Assembly (NCBI GenBank): GCA_963727445.1
Contig: CAVSGI010000010.1
Location: 1,504,001-1,568,000 of the forward strand
Direction: 5' to 3'
From: an uncultured delta proteobacterium
GTDB taxonomy: Bacteria > Myxococcota_A > Polyangia > Polyangiales > B10-G4
Length of the DNA stretch: 64,000 nucleotides
Part shown: positions 28,243 through 38,506 of the stretch, in pieces
Position numbering within the stretch: the stretch's first letter is position 1
Layout of the letters: each line of letters opens with the position of its first letter
Position numbers and translations under genes: made by a program
Notes under the pieces: model-generated
What the model saw: the letters and a program-made list of their open reading frames with translations, nothing else
Told to the model about the DNA's origin: nothing
Databases searched by the model: none

Positions 28243-29408
28243 GGGGCGATCTCCGTGCGCAGGGAGAGCATCCCGAAAGGCGTCGTACCGAAGGCGTCGG
28301 TGTCGTAGACGAAGGAGAGGCCGCCGGCGACGCGAAAGCCGATCGCGAAGGAGTCCGAGAGCTCCCACATGAAGCCGATGTGCGCGCCCGTCACCACGCC
28401 GAAGTAGGGGGCGACCTGCGCGACGCTGGTGATGACGCCGCCTCCCGCCGGCCGGGCGGGGCTAGTGCCGCCGGCGATCAACAGCGCCGCGAAGCCGCCG
28501 ATGTCGAAGCGCCCACTGTGGCTCGCTCCCACGCGGGTGAGGTCGAGGCCGAGGGTGCCCGCGGGCGCGGGCCGGTCGACGTATTGCACGACGCCCTGGC
28601 CGAAGACGTCGAGGCGGAGATACCGGCCCAGGTAGAAGCCGAAGCCGACCTCGGCGCCGGTCGCGACGAAGGCCGTCATGAGGCTCGCGCTCAAGAGCGC
28701 GCCGCTCCGCGGCATCGCCGCCTCTTCGCCGGTCGAATCCTCGGCCGAGGCTCGTGCGGCCGCCTCTTCAGGCGTCGGGGCGTCGACCGCGGCTGCACCG
28801 GTGGGCACGACGACCACGGCCGGCGTGGACGCGTCGACCGGATCCGCCAGCGCGCCCGCCGTCTCTTCGGCTCCGCCGGCGACCGCCTCGACCTCGACGT
28901 CACCGCTCGGCGTCTCCACCTGTACGTGCACGCGCACCGGACCACTCGCCGCCGCCGGCGCGATCACCGGATCGAGGAGCTCGCCAATCAGGCTCGCCGC
29001 GACGGCGGCGAAGGTGCGCGCATCGAGGCTCTCTGCCGGCGCGGGGAGCGGCGCGTCCCGGAGGTGGTCGGTCTCGGGATCCACGACGCGAAGGAGGTCG
29101 CCCGTCTCGGCGCCTGGATGCTCGACCCACACCGCGAAGGCCGCGCCCAGCTGACGCGCCGCGCTTTGCGCTGCGCCCGCACGAAGCAGCGGCGTCGCTC
29201 CAGTGGGGCTCGGCGCGACCACCACCTCCGCGCCTCGCGCGGCGAGCTCCACCTTCAGCCCATCGGCGAGCTCGATGGCGCGAGGCCCATCGTGCAGGAG
29301 GACCACCCGCTGCTGGGCCTGGGGTTGTGCTCGGGCGCTGGCCGCGAGGCTCACCGTCACGAACCCGGCGGCGGCGAAAGCGAAGAGGAGCCGGAATGGC
29401 GAAGTCAT
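28239..29408 (-). CDS. Exported protein with C-terminal beta-strand-rich (possible outer-membrane) domain; first gene of ECF operon
   Basis: Signal peptide ASARA; amphipathic strands at C-terminus; ATGA overlap with sigma gene. Confidence 0.7.
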   Translation of the reverse strand: MTSPFRLLFAFAAAGFVTVSLAASARAQPQAQQRVVLLHDGPRAIELADGLKVELAARGAEVVVAPSPTGATPLLRAGAAQSAARQLGAAFAVWVEHPGAETGDLLRVVDPETDHLRDAPLPAPAESLDARTFAAVAASLIGELLDPVIAPAAASGPVRVHVQVETPSGDVEVEAVAGGAEETAGALADPVDASTPAVVVVPTGAAAVDAPTPEEAAARASAEDSTGEEAAMPRSGALLSASLMTAFVATGAEVGFGFYLGRYLRLDVFGQGVVQYVDRPAPAGTLGLDLTRVGASHSGRFDIGGFAALLIAGGTSPARPAGGGVITSVAQVAPYFGVVTGAHIGFMWELSDSFAIGFRVAGGLSFVYDTDAFGTTPFGMLSLRTEIAP

Positions 29409-29415
29409 GTCCCCC

Positions 29416-29443
29416 AAGTGCGCGGGCAGCCCCCGCGCGTTCC
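29416..29443 (-). promoter_or_regulatory. Putative ECF-sigma promoter
   Basis: Minus strand TTTTTT-GGAAC-N17-GCACTT directly upstream of the ECF operon. Confidence 0.5.
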
Positions 29444-29519
29444 AAAAAAGCCGGTGGAGCCTACGGCAGATTCGGCAATCGGCACGCCGCGGCGATTTGT
29501 GGAGGAATCTCGGGGGGGC

Positions 29520-30176
29520 TCACTGGGGCAGCGGGAAATGGACGGCGGCGCCCGGACGGAAGGTCGGGGCGGCGACGTTGATCCCGAGGATGCCGAGGGT
29601 CGTCAGAAGCACCCCCGAGCCGAGGACGATCCCGCCGGCGAGGGCGGTGTCGTCGTCTCCGTTGGAGAGGCCGGAGGGGAGCAGGACGATGCCGGTGATC
29701 GCCGCGGCGACGCCCAGCAGCGTCGCGAGGATGCTGACGACGCGCAGGCCCACGAGACCGTCGTCCCACTCGCCGAGGGCTCGGCGATAGACGGTGGTGC
29801 CTGGGGAGACGTGCACCAACTCGGTGTCGATGCGGTCGCCCCCGCCGACGAGCGGAAACGCCAGCAGCACGTTGCCCGGCGGCATGTCGAGCACACATGG
29901 TGACGCCGGGCAGAGGACCTCGTAGCTCTCGGTGAACCAGTAGGTCTGCCGCCCGTCGGACTTGGTTCGTTCGTTGGCGACCATCGTCACGTGCTCGACC
30001 TGGGTGGGGCCGTTGGCGACATCGACGATGAGCCGCCCCTGCCCCACCACCGGAGGCGGACCCTGCACCGTGGGCGGGGTCGCGTCCGGCATCGCCACCG
30101 GGGGCAGCTTCTTCACGCAACCGGTCGCGAGGCCGACGAGCAATAGCGTGGCGAAGGGGAGGAAGAAACGAAACAT
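29520..30176 (-). CDS. Hypothetical lipoprotein with two C-terminal TM helices
   Basis: LATGC lipobox; LCPASPC; two hydrophobic segments. Confidence 0.75.
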   Translation of the reverse strand: MFRFFLPFATLLLVGLATGCVKKLPPVAMPDATPPTVQGPPPVVGQGRLIVDVANGPTQVEHVTMVANERTKSDGRQTYWFTESYEVLCPASPCVLDMPPGNVLLAFPLVGGGDRIDTELVHVSPGTTVYRRALGEWDDGLVGLRVVSILATLLGVAAAITGIVLLPSGLSNGDDDTALAGGIVLGSGVLLTTLGILGINVAAPTFRPGAAVHFPLPQ

Positions 30177-30211
30177 GGGCTAGACCAGAGTCGACGACGA
30201 AGCGGGGGAGT

Positions 30212-31207
30212 GTGAATATTCAACGGGCGGCGCCAGTCGCGCCAGTCTGGAATCAAGTGTCCTGGCACAACGCGCAATACCTTCTGATCGGCGGCTTGGT
30301 GGTGGCCGGGACGGCGGGGTGCGGCGTGCGCATCTCGGGCAATCATCCGGGGCTCACGATCGTGGGTGCGGGGCAGGTTCAGGGACAGGTCCAGGGACAG
30401 GTGCAGGTCCAGGCGCCGCCGCCGCCCGACGTGAACGTGAGCGTCCAGTACGACCAGCCGGTCTCGCTGACCAACGCGCCTGTCGCGGAGTTCTTCGGCA
30501 TCCCCATCGAGGGCGCCCAGGACGTGATCTTCGTCCTCGATCGCTCGGGGTCGATGAGTGGAGCGGCCAGCAGCAACATCGCCGTCGCGGCGCAGCGCAC
30601 GCCGACGCCGCCGCCGATCGGGCCCAACACGACACCGGCGGATTCGAACGGACCCGTGATCGTCGATCCCAACGCGACGAACGCGCCTTACGCGACGACC
30701 GGCACGGGTGCGACGACCACCGGCACCAGTGCGACGACCACCCAGCCCAACGCGGCCCCTGCACCGCCGCCATCGCCTGCGAGGCCGTCGAAGATCGAAG
30801 TCGCGCGCGCCGAGCTCGAGGAGGCGGTGGAACGGCTGCCCGATGGAACGCGCCTGAACATCCTCTTCTTCGACGACGCCCTCGAGGCCGTCGGGCCGAC
30901 ACTGATCACCCTGGAGGCGGGCTCGCGCGAAGCAATCGCGGCCTTCCTCACCGAGGCCACCCCCAGAGGCTCCACCGCCCTCGCCCCCGCGATGCGCACG
31001 GCGCTGTTGATGAACCCGAGCCGCGTGGTGCTCCTCTCCGATGGCCTCGCCAACGTCGGCGGCGACTCCGACGACATCCTGCGCGACGCCCGCGAAGCGA
31101 TGACCGGCGGCGTGCGCATCGACACCGTGGGCCTCGGCGCGGGGCACGACACCCGACTCCTGCGCTCGCTCGCGCAGGAAAGTGGCGGCCTCTACCAGGC
31201 GCTCTGA
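30212..31207 (+). CDS. VWA-domain lipoprotein
   Basis: TAGC lipobox; MIDAS DVIFVLDRSGSM, GSTAL, LLSDGLAN, IDTVGLG, LAQESGG. Confidence 0.88.
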   Translation: MNIQRAAPVAPVWNQVSWHNAQYLLIGGLVVAGTAGCGVRISGNHPGLTIVGAGQVQGQVQGQVQVQAPPPPDVNVSVQYDQPVSLTNAPVAEFFGIPIEGAQDVIFVLDRSGSMSGAASSNIAVAAQRTPTPPPIGPNTTPADSNGPVIVDPNATNAPYATTGTGATTTGTSATTTQPNAAPAPPPSPARPSKIEVARAELEEAVERLPDGTRLNILFFDDALEAVGPTLITLEAGSREAIAAFLTEATPRGSTALAPAMRTALLMNPSRVVLLSDGLANVGGDSDDILRDAREAMTGGVRIDTVGLGAGHDTRLLRSLAQESGGLYQAL

Positions 31208-31217
31208 TCGGAGCGGC

Positions 31218-32102
31218 TCACGACTCGTCGAGCTGAAGCGCCGAGAGATCCGGAAGCTCGTCGAGGTTCGGGACGAGGGCGATCTCGATGCGCCGGTTCT
31301 GCTGGCGCCCTTCCTCGGTGTCGTTGGAGCCGACGGGCTGGGTGTCGGCGTAGCCGGCGGCGGAGAGGCGCTGTGCTCCGAGGCCCTGCTCGATCATCAG
31401 CTTGACGACGTTGACCGCGCGCGCCGTGGAGAGCTCCCAGTTCGAAGGGAAACGACTTGTGTGAATCGGCACGTTGTCGGTGTGGCCCGCGACGCGGAAC
31501 TGGCGGTCCACAATGCTCGCGAGGACCTCCGAGACCTGCTCGAGGACCTCGCGCCCCTCGGGCTTGATCCGGTCTCGGCCGCTGTCGAAGAGGACCGCCT
31601 CGGGCAGCTCGACCACGATCTGGTTGCGCACGACGCGAACGCGAAGGCGACCGGCGCTAATCATCTCGCTGAAGCGCTGCAAGAGCGACCGGTACGTCTC
31701 GAGGCGCGTGCGCGCCAAACGCTCGCGTGCTCGAAGGTCTTCGAGCGCCCGCTGCGCTGCCTCGAGGTCCGCCGAGAACGCCGCCTCGTCTTCGGCGTGC
31801 ATCCGCGCGAGATCGCCCACCGCCGCCTCCGCCGCTTCGAGCTGACGCCGGAGCGTGTCGTTGTCTCGTTCGAGTCGCTCCACCGGCGTGCCCAGCTCGT
31901 TGACGATCCGGCTGAGGTGGTCGAGCTGCTCGTGGGCGCGCTCGACGTCTCGCGCCAGGCCCTGCTCCCGGCCGCGCGCGCTATCGAGCTCGGTCTGAAG
32001 CTCGAGGATCTGCCGGTCGCGCGCCTCGAGCTGGGCGTGAGCCCCGCATCCGGTAGCGACGACCGCCGTCGCGGCAATCAACATGAGAGCGAGCTTCTTC
32101 AT
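31218..32102 (-). CDS. OmpA/MotB-family peptidoglycan-binding lipoprotein with coiled coil
   Basis: ATGC lipobox; VLFDSG, VAGHTDN, NWELSTARA, AAGYADTQP, NRRIEI. Confidence 0.9.
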   Translation of the reverse strand: MKKLALMLIAATAVVATGCGAHAQLEARDRQILELQTELDSARGREQGLARDVERAHEQLDHLSRIVNELGTPVERLERDNDTLRRQLEAAEAAVGDLARMHAEDEAAFSADLEAAQRALEDLRARERLARTRLETYRSLLQRFSEMISAGRLRVRVVRNQIVVELPEAVLFDSGRDRIKPEGREVLEQVSEVLASIVDRQFRVAGHTDNVPIHTSRFPSNWELSTARAVNVVKLMIEQGLGAQRLSAAGYADTQPVGSNDTEEGRQQNRRIEIALVPNLDELPDLSALQLDES

Positions 32103-32178
32103 TCGTCCTCCGACCTGCGGCGACGTAGTCGCCGCGCGACGTTTGACCACCCCTTGGCGGCGCGAAGGGGGTGCACAC

Positions 32179-32631
32179 ATGACGTCCGCCATGTCTGCGC
32201 TGAAGCTCGGGCTCGTGTCGTTTCTGATCGTGCTCTCGGGGTGCATCCCCTGGAGCTACGAGTACTCGTACACCGTATCGACCCGACCGCCGGCGCCCTA
32301 CGCCGAGGTGGTCGGCGTCGCTCCTGCCCCTGGCTACGTCTGGATCAACGGCTACTGGTGGTGGGACGGGGGCCAGTACACCTGGATTCGCGGCTACTGG
32401 GCGCCGCCACCGCAGCCGGGCTACGTCTGGGTGAGAAACGGCTGGGTGAATCAGGGCGGACATTACGTGTTCGTCCGAGGCCACTGGTCGGCGCCCACCG
32501 TGCACGTGCGCACGCGTTACGTTCACCCGGCGCCTCGCGTCCGGGTTCGGCCCGGAGCCCGCTATCGATACGTCCAGCCGCGACCCGGACGGCGGGCGCC
32601 GCCGCGCGGGCGACCACGGCGACACCGGTGA
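32179..32631 (+). CDS. YXWGXW-repeat lipoprotein
   Basis: LSGC lipobox; PGYVWINGYWWWDGGQYTWIRGYW and PGYVWVRNGW...YVFVRGHW. Confidence 0.85.
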   Translation: MTSAMSALKLGLVSFLIVLSGCIPWSYEYSYTVSTRPPAPYAEVVGVAPAPGYVWINGYWWWDGGQYTWIRGYWAPPPQPGYVWVRNGWVNQGGHYVFVRGHWSAPTVHVRTRYVHPAPRVRVRPGARYRYVQPRPGRRAPPRGRPRRHR

Positions 32632-32718
32632 GGCAGAGTGCCTCGCGCCTCTCCGAGACGTCACTGTTTTCGGAGGGGGTCCATCGTGGCATCCTCTCGT
32701 CCGGGCCGAGGGGAATCG

Positions 32719-33468
32719 ATGCTTCGCACACTGGTCTGCTTCCTGTTGCTGTTGGCCCTGCGACTCGTCGTTGCGCCGGCAGCACATGCACAGCAGACCG
32801 CCGGTTCGGACGACGAGCGCGCCCGCGTCCACTTCGAATCGGGCGGCGTGCACTTCGAGGCGGGGGACTACGAAAGCGCGCTCCGCGAGTTCGACGCCGC
32901 CTACGCGCTGAGCCACCGGCCCGAGCTCCTCTACAACATCTATCTCTGTGAGGAGCGCCTCGGTCATCTGCCCGAGGCCATCGAGAAGCTCGAGGCGTTT
33001 CTCTCGAGCGACCTGGACATCCCGAACCGCGACACGCTCACTCAGCGCCTCGAGAACCTGAGGCGCCGCGAGGCGGGCGACACTTCCGTCTCCATCGAGC
33101 CCGAAGAGCCGGCAGCGACCGAGACGGAATCGTCGGGAGCGAACGTGCCGGCGATCGTCTCCTTCGTGACCGGTGGCGTGGGCGCCGTGCTCTGGGGCAC
33201 CTTCGGCATCCTCGCGGCGCTCGAGCACTCGGACCTGAACGGCACCTGCGGCGCGGATTGCCCGCCAGGGGACGTCGACCCACTCCGCACTTTCGACATC
33301 GTCGCCGACATCGGCTTCGGCGTGACCCTCGCCGGCGCTGCGCTGGGCGTCGTCTTCCTGCTGATCGGCTCGGGCGACTCGGACGACGATCCGGACACGC
33401 GAGCCATGCGCATCGCTCCCTTCGCCGGACCGACCTCGGCGGGGCTCACCGTCGCCGGGAGGCTCTGA
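32719..33468 (+). CDS. Exported TPR protein with C-terminal membrane segments
   Basis: AHA signal; HFEAGDYESALREF..AY....PELLYNI; same architecture as 8729-9478. Confidence 0.8.
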   Translation: MLRTLVCFLLLLALRLVVAPAAHAQQTAGSDDERARVHFESGGVHFEAGDYESALREFDAAYALSHRPELLYNIYLCEERLGHLPEAIEKLEAFLSSDLDIPNRDTLTQRLENLRRREAGDTSVSIEPEEPAATETESSGANVPAIVSFVTGGVGAVLWGTFGILAALEHSDLNGTCGADCPPGDVDPLRTFDIVADIGFGVTLAGAALGVVFLLIGSGDSDDDPDTRAMRIAPFAGPTSAGLTVAGRL

Positions 33469-34866
33469 GTGACGCGCCTGCTACTCACGCTCACCCTGGC
33501 GCTGGCGCTCGGCGGTTGCTCGATCTTCTTCGATCCCAATTCGCATCTGGCGGGAGGCGGCGGATCGGATGCAGGGTCGGACGGTGGCGCCGTCGATGGG
33601 AGCCCCGATGCGCCCGTTGATGGGGGTGAGCTGGACGCCGATGCTTCGGGCGACGGAGGCCTTCCGGCGTGCCCAACGGCGGTGGGCACGAGGAACACAG
33701 TCGTCGACTCCTCCGTGCCGGCGACGGCCTCCGGCGATTGGGCAACCCTCGGGCAGAACCTCGATGGTCTCGCACTTGTGGAGCTGATGCCGGCGGCGTC
33801 CGGCGGCACCCCGCTCGTCGACGTGGACATCATGACCGATGCCAGCAGGCTCGTCGCCGGTTTCCTCTCCGCCGCCACCGGTGCGAATCCGACGGTCAAC
33901 GCGGTCGCCTATGACTACTCGCCCAGCGTGGGATTCGACGCGCGGTCGGCCAGCACAGTCGACGGTATCGCATCGACGGATTCGGCGCGGTGGATCGCAT
34001 TCGCGTCGGGCGGGGGCCGCCTCGAAGTCCTCGTCGCCGGCGAGAGCGTCAGCGACTCGGGCGTGTGGAGCGTCGCCACGGACAGCACCGCCGCCCCGGC
34101 GAGTTGGGACAGTCTTGCCTCGCGAAGCGGTGCCGGCCCCACCTGGGGGCGCGTGGCCTTTACAGAGACTCACATGGTGGTCGTGAAGCCCGCGGGCTCG
34201 GGCGACACCTGTATCCCCGATGGCGTCGCCCTGCAGTCCATCCGTCGAGACATGATGGACGTCCCTGTCGAGATCGCCTTCCCGATGCTCGGGACGGCCG
34301 ACGGCGCCGAGCTGGACGGCTCGCGCGGGCCGATGCTGGTCGCGTCTCGCACCGACGAGGCCGTGTACATCTGGGACGGCGTCGCACCCGACGCTTTCGA
34401 CCTGTCCACGCCGGGCCGCTCGGGCCCCGCCGCCATCGCGTACATGGGAGACAACGACTATCTGCTCGCGTTCGCCGTCGCCGACGACATCGCACTCTGG
34501 TGGATGACGTGCGACACGGACGGCTCGGAGGTGCAGTGCGACAAGTCTTTCGACAACTCTCGGGGCGCAGGGATGGCCGGCCGGGTCGCGCTCGCGGGCT
34601 TCGATGGCGGGGCGGTGCTGGTGTTCGAGAACACCGTCGGAATGCCCGGCACTCACGAGCTCGAGGTTCAAGCCATCGACGCCCGCGGAGGAGACCTGAT
34701 CGCGAGCGCGCGTGTTCCCCTCGCCGACGAGGCCGCCGCGGTGCTCGACCTGGCGGTCGACATCCACTTCCCCACCGTGGGCATCGTCTGGACCGAAGGT
34801 AGTCCCGGCAGCATGACCGCAGACACCGTCCAGATGGCAGCGCTCGCGGCCCAGTCGATGCCGTGA
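33469..34866 (+). CDS. Hypothetical lipoprotein
   Basis: LGGC lipobox; D/G-rich linker; abuts upstream gene. Confidence 0.75.
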   Translation: MTRLLLTLTLALALGGCSIFFDPNSHLAGGGGSDAGSDGGAVDGSPDAPVDGGELDADASGDGGLPACPTAVGTRNTVVDSSVPATASGDWATLGQNLDGLALVELMPAASGGTPLVDVDIMTDASRLVAGFLSAATGANPTVNAVAYDYSPSVGFDARSASTVDGIASTDSARWIAFASGGGRLEVLVAGESVSDSGVWSVATDSTAAPASWDSLASRSGAGPTWGRVAFTETHMVVVKPAGSGDTCIPDGVALQSIRRDMMDVPVEIAFPMLGTADGAELDGSRGPMLVASRTDEAVYIWDGVAPDAFDLSTPGRSGPAAIAYMGDNDYLLAFAVADDIALWWMTCDTDGSEVQCDKSFDNSRGAGMAGRVALAGFDGGAVLVFENTVGMPGTHELEVQAIDARGGDLIASARVPLADEAAAVLDLAVDIHFPTVGIVWTEGSPGSMTADTVQMAALAAQSMP

Positions 34867-34974
34867 AGATCCCACCCGGCCAGCTCCCGAGCGAAGACGT
34901 CCCGCTCCTCGCGCGGCCGGGATATCGGGGGTAGACCCCTCGCGGGTGAGCGCCGGAGGCCTTAGATACTCTCC

Positions 34975-35850
34975 GTGGCCCGCCTCTCGGATCGCCTGCC
35001 CGAAAACGCGGACGGCGCGTGGTACGTCGACGACTCGTGCATCGACTGCGGGATCTGCCGTGAGGTGGCGCCGACGGTGTTCACCAGCGCTCAGAGCCGA
35101 ACGGAGCAGTCGTACGTGGGACGACAGCCGGAGGGCGAGGCGGAGCTTCGGCGCGCGGCGATGGCGCTGGTCGCCTGCCCGACGAGCTCGATCGGAACGA
35201 CCGATCGCGGGGTCGACGTGCGCGCGGCGGGGGCTGCGTTTCCGGAGGAGGTGGACCAGGGCGTCTACTTCTGTGGCTACGCGGCCGAGTCGTCCTTCGG
35301 CGCGCAGAGCTGGCTCATCGTGCGCCCCGAGGGCAACGTGCTCGTCGACTCGCCGCGCTTCGCCCGCCCCCTCGCCGAGCGCCTCGAGGCGATGGGCGGC
35401 GTCGACCTCATGTTCCTGACCCATCGCGACGACGTCGCCGACCACGCGAAGTTCGCGAAGCGCTTCGGGTGCCGGCGCATCCTCCACGAAGCGGATCGCG
35501 CCGCGGGCACGCGCGATGTCGAGTGGCTCCTCGAGGGCGACGCGCCCATCGAGCTCGCGTCCGATCTGTTGGCGATCCCGGTCCCTGGCCACACGCGCGG
35601 CAGCACCGTACTGCTGCACCGCGAGCGGCACCTCTTCACCGGTGACCACCTCTGGCAGACGGAGCGCACCGGCCGCCTCCACGCATCGCGAAGCGTGTGC
35701 TGGTACTCCTGGCCGAAGCAGAAGAAGAGCGTCGAGCGCCTCCTTTCGCGCGACTTCACCTGGGTGCTCCCCGGCCACGGACGGCGCCACCACACGTCCA
35801 GCGCCGCGGAGATGCAGGCCGAGCTTCGCGCGTTGATCGACGCGATGTGA
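34975..35850 (+). CDS. Ferredoxin-MBL-fold metallo-hydrolase fusion
   Basis: YVDDSCIDCGICREVAP...ACPTSSIG; FLTHRDDVADH, PGHTRG, FTGDH, LPGHG. Confidence 0.9.
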   Translation: MARLSDRLPENADGAWYVDDSCIDCGICREVAPTVFTSAQSRTEQSYVGRQPEGEAELRRAAMALVACPTSSIGTTDRGVDVRAAGAAFPEEVDQGVYFCGYAAESSFGAQSWLIVRPEGNVLVDSPRFARPLAERLEAMGGVDLMFLTHRDDVADHAKFAKRFGCRRILHEADRAAGTRDVEWLLEGDAPIELASDLLAIPVPGHTRGSTVLLHRERHLFTGDHLWQTERTGRLHASRSVCWYSWPKQKKSVERLLSRDFTWVLPGHGRRHHTSSAAEMQAELRALIDAM

Positions 35851-35853
35851 GCG

Positions 35854-36336
35854 CTACGTGAAGGGCGTCCCGTCCTTGCGCGTCATCCGCCAGGCGCCGT
35901 TCTCCATCACCGCGGCGATGTCGTCGTCCGGATACGTGACCGCGTCGCCCTCGAGGCGATCGCCGATCTCGAGGTAGCCCGCGTCGGCGTCCGAGCGGTT
36001 CATCAGGTGATGCGCGTTGCCCGTTCCGCCAGGAAACCCCGCGCACATGCCCGCGGTGAGCAGCGTCTCGCCCTCGTCGGTGACGAGCGTCAGCTCACCC
36101 CACAGGACGTAGACCAGCTCGTCCTGCTTCGCGTGCGCATGACGCAACGCAGACATCGAGCCCGGCGCAATCGTGGTGAGGTTCACGCCGAAATTCGTGA
36201 GCCCGAAGAGATCTCCGAGCCGCCGTTTCACGCGTCCACTCACCCGCTCGGCAAACTCCGCCGGATAGTTCGTCTTCTTCGCCTGCGGCGCCACGTCCTC
36301 CGCCACGACCGCAACCGGCGTCTCGCGCTCGTTCAT
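35854..36336 (-). CDS. Cupin domain protein
   Basis: GLTNFGVN, SALRHAHAKQDELVYVL.GE, GFPGG..NAHHL.N. Confidence 0.9.
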   Translation of the reverse strand: MNERETPVAVVAEDVAPQAKKTNYPAEFAERVSGRVKRRLGDLFGLTNFGVNLTTIAPGSMSALRHAHAKQDELVYVLWGELTLVTDEGETLLTAGMCAGFPGGTGNAHHLMNRSDADAGYLEIGDRLEGDAVTYPDDDIAAVMENGAWRMTRKDGTPFT

Positions 36337-36411
36337 CTCGGCACCTCCTGTCACGAAGGTGGTGCCGGCGCGTGCAGATGGCGAGATTGATTCGTGGATC
36401 GACGGGTGACG

Positions 36412-36615
36412 TCAGCGACGGGGGCGCATCGCGTCGCGGAGCCATCCGGCGAGCTCCTCGTCGCTGACCTGTGCGCGGATCTCCGCGAAGCTGCTCTCGA
36501 GGTCGTGGCCGAGGGTACGCGCGAGGCGGATGGGCTCACGCATCCCGGGCGAGTGAAGCCACATGCTGACGAGGGTGGGGTCGGAGGCGGTCTGCATGCG
36601 GGAAGGATCACGCAA
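36412..36615 (-). CDS. Small hypothetical protein
   Basis: Fits an intergenic gap; helical, natural composition. Confidence 0.4.
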   Translation of the reverse strand: MRDPSRMQTASDPTLVSMWLHSPGMREPIRLARTLGHDLESSFAEIRAQVSDEELAGWLRDAMRPRR

Positions 36616-36697
36616 GCCCGCGCGTCATTCAAGTCCGCGCGGCACGTCGATTGAGGACTGGCACCACCCGCGTTTGGCGCCATAGTCCGGCGGCCCC

Positions 36698-38152
36698 ATG
36701 CCGTCTGTGTCGTCCCATCGTCCTCTGACCGTCGTGGCGCTGATGATGTCGATGTTCATGGCGGCCATGGAGGCGACCGTCGTGGCGACGGCGATGCCGA
36801 CGGTCATCAGCGAGCTCGGGGGCATCGCGCTCTACGGCTGGCTCGGCGCCGCCTATCTCCTGGCCTCGACGGTCACCGTTCCCCTCTACGGCAAGCTCGC
36901 CGATCGTCACGGCCGCAAGCCGATCCTGATGGGCGGCATCACCCTCTTCCTCCTCGGCTCGTTGGCGAGCGGCAGCGCCACCACCATCGAGCTCCTCATC
37001 GTCTTGCGCGCGGTGCAGGGCCTCGGCGCGGGCGCGATGCAGCCCATCGTGCTCACGATCATCGGCGACCTCTACACGCCGGCCGAGCGCGGGCGCGTGC
37101 AGGGGCTCTTCGGCGCGGTGTGGGGCGTGGCCGGCGTGAGCGGACCGATCCTCGGTGGGACCATCGTCGCCCTCGCCTCGTGGCGCTGGGTCTTCTGGAT
37201 CAACATCCCCTTCGGGCTGGCCGCGATGACGGTGCTCTGGTTTTTCTATCACGAAGAGCCTCGCACCCGTGCCGCCGCACCGCCCGACGTCCTCGGTGCG
37301 CTCGCGATCCTCCTTTCGTCGACGGCGCTGCTGCTCGCGGCGAGCGGCGTCCTGCCCGTGCTCGACGTCGCGCTCGGTGTGGTGATGGCCGTCCTCTTCA
37401 TCGTCATCGAGCGTCGGGCCCGCGATCCGCTCCTCCCCATCGATCTCGTGACGCGCCCGCGCATCGCGGTCGCCGCCGCGGCGTCGCTCCTTCTCGGCGT
37501 GGCGATGATGGGCGTCCTCGTCTACCTGCCGCTTCACGTGCAGGGGGTGCTCTCGGGCGCGCCGACCGAAGCGGGCCTGGTGATCGCGCCGATGCTCGTC
37601 GGCTGGCCCCTCGCCTCGGCGATGACGAGCCGAATGCTGATGCGCATCGGCTACCGGCTGCCGATCCGGATCGGCGCCGTCGTCGCGACCATTGGCACCG
37701 TGGCGCTCTCCTTTCTGACGGGCGCGCGCGCACCGCTGTGGATGCTCGGATCGAGCATGTTCGTCTTCGGCCTCGGGATGGGCCTCGCGAACACCGCGCT
37801 CGTCATCGGCGTACAGGCGAGCGTCGGCTACGAACAGCGGGGCGTGGTCACGGCGCTGACCCAGTTCTCGCGGACCATGGGTGGCGCGCTCGGCGTCGGT
37901 GCCATCGGCGCGCTTCTCGCCGCGCGCCTCGGGGCCGCCCTGCCGCCCGAGACCGTGACCGCCCTCCTCGACGCCCACGACCGCGCCGGCGCAGCGCGCG
38001 ACCCGGCGGTGCTCGACGTCCTCGGCTCGGCCCTCGACCCGCTCTTCTGGGTCGGCGCCATCGCCACCGGCCTCGCGGTGCTGGTGGTGTTGCGACAGCC
38101 GGCCGACGACGTGCACGATCCGGTGGTGCCAGCCCCGGCCCACGCAGAGTGA
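36698..38152 (+). CDS. MFS drug/H+ antiporter (DHA2, EmrB/QacA-like)
   Basis: MEATVVATAMPT, YGKLADRHGRK, RAVQGLGAG, GPILGG, WRWVFWINIP. Confidence 0.92.
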   Translation: MPSVSSHRPLTVVALMMSMFMAAMEATVVATAMPTVISELGGIALYGWLGAAYLLASTVTVPLYGKLADRHGRKPILMGGITLFLLGSLASGSATTIELLIVLRAVQGLGAGAMQPIVLTIIGDLYTPAERGRVQGLFGAVWGVAGVSGPILGGTIVALASWRWVFWINIPFGLAAMTVLWFFYHEEPRTRAAAPPDVLGALAILLSSTALLLAASGVLPVLDVALGVVMAVLFIVIERRARDPLLPIDLVTRPRIAVAAAASLLLGVAMMGVLVYLPLHVQGVLSGAPTEAGLVIAPMLVGWPLASAMTSRMLMRIGYRLPIRIGAVVATIGTVALSFLTGARAPLWMLGSSMFVFGLGMGLANTALVIGVQASVGYEQRGVVTALTQFSRTMGGALGVGAIGALLAARLGAALPPETVTALLDAHDRAGAARDPAVLDVLGSALDPLFWVGAIATGLAVLVVLRQPADDVHDPVVPAPAHAE

Positions 38153-38247
38153 GCGTCGAATGACTCGGTGTCATGGCGCTCGCCGGGGCAAACGCGTGCG
38201 CGGGTGCTGACGCATCCGTCAGCGTGGGCCGGCGAGCGCCGCTTGAC

Positions 38248-38448
38248 CTACGACGGCTCGGGCTTCGCGCCCTTGTAGAACCACAGCGTCGCGGCGGCGC
38301 CGAGACCGATGGCCGCGAAGATCCCCTGCACGACGACCGCGGTCGTCGAAGCACCGCCGAAGTACGCGATCACCGTGACCGCAGAACGGTCGGCCGCGAA
38401 TCCGAGCGCGATCAGGGTCAGGGCTATCTGCCAGAGTGGACGATGCAT
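38248..38448 (-). CDS. Small membrane protein
   Basis: Two hydrophobic helices in 66 aa. Confidence 0.5.
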   Translation of the reverse strand: MHRPLWQIALTLIALGFAADRSAVTVIAYFGGASTTAVVVQGIFAAIGLGAAATLWFYKGAKPEPS

Positions 38449-38506
38449 GACTCGTTCATCACATAAGCGCCTGGCGGGCGCGCGCCATTCCCAGCGCGGG
38501 GACCGG

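Noticed and set aside
30373..30412. Tandem CAGGGACAGGT repeats as a regulatory or contingency locus
   Set aside because: They encode in-frame GQVQ low-complexity repeats in the VWA lipoprotein with synonymous variation.
31218..32102. Flagellar motB gene
   Set aside because: It has a lipoprotein signal instead of the MotB TM with the conserved Asp, and there are no motA or flagellar neighbours. It is a generic OmpA-like PG-binding protein.
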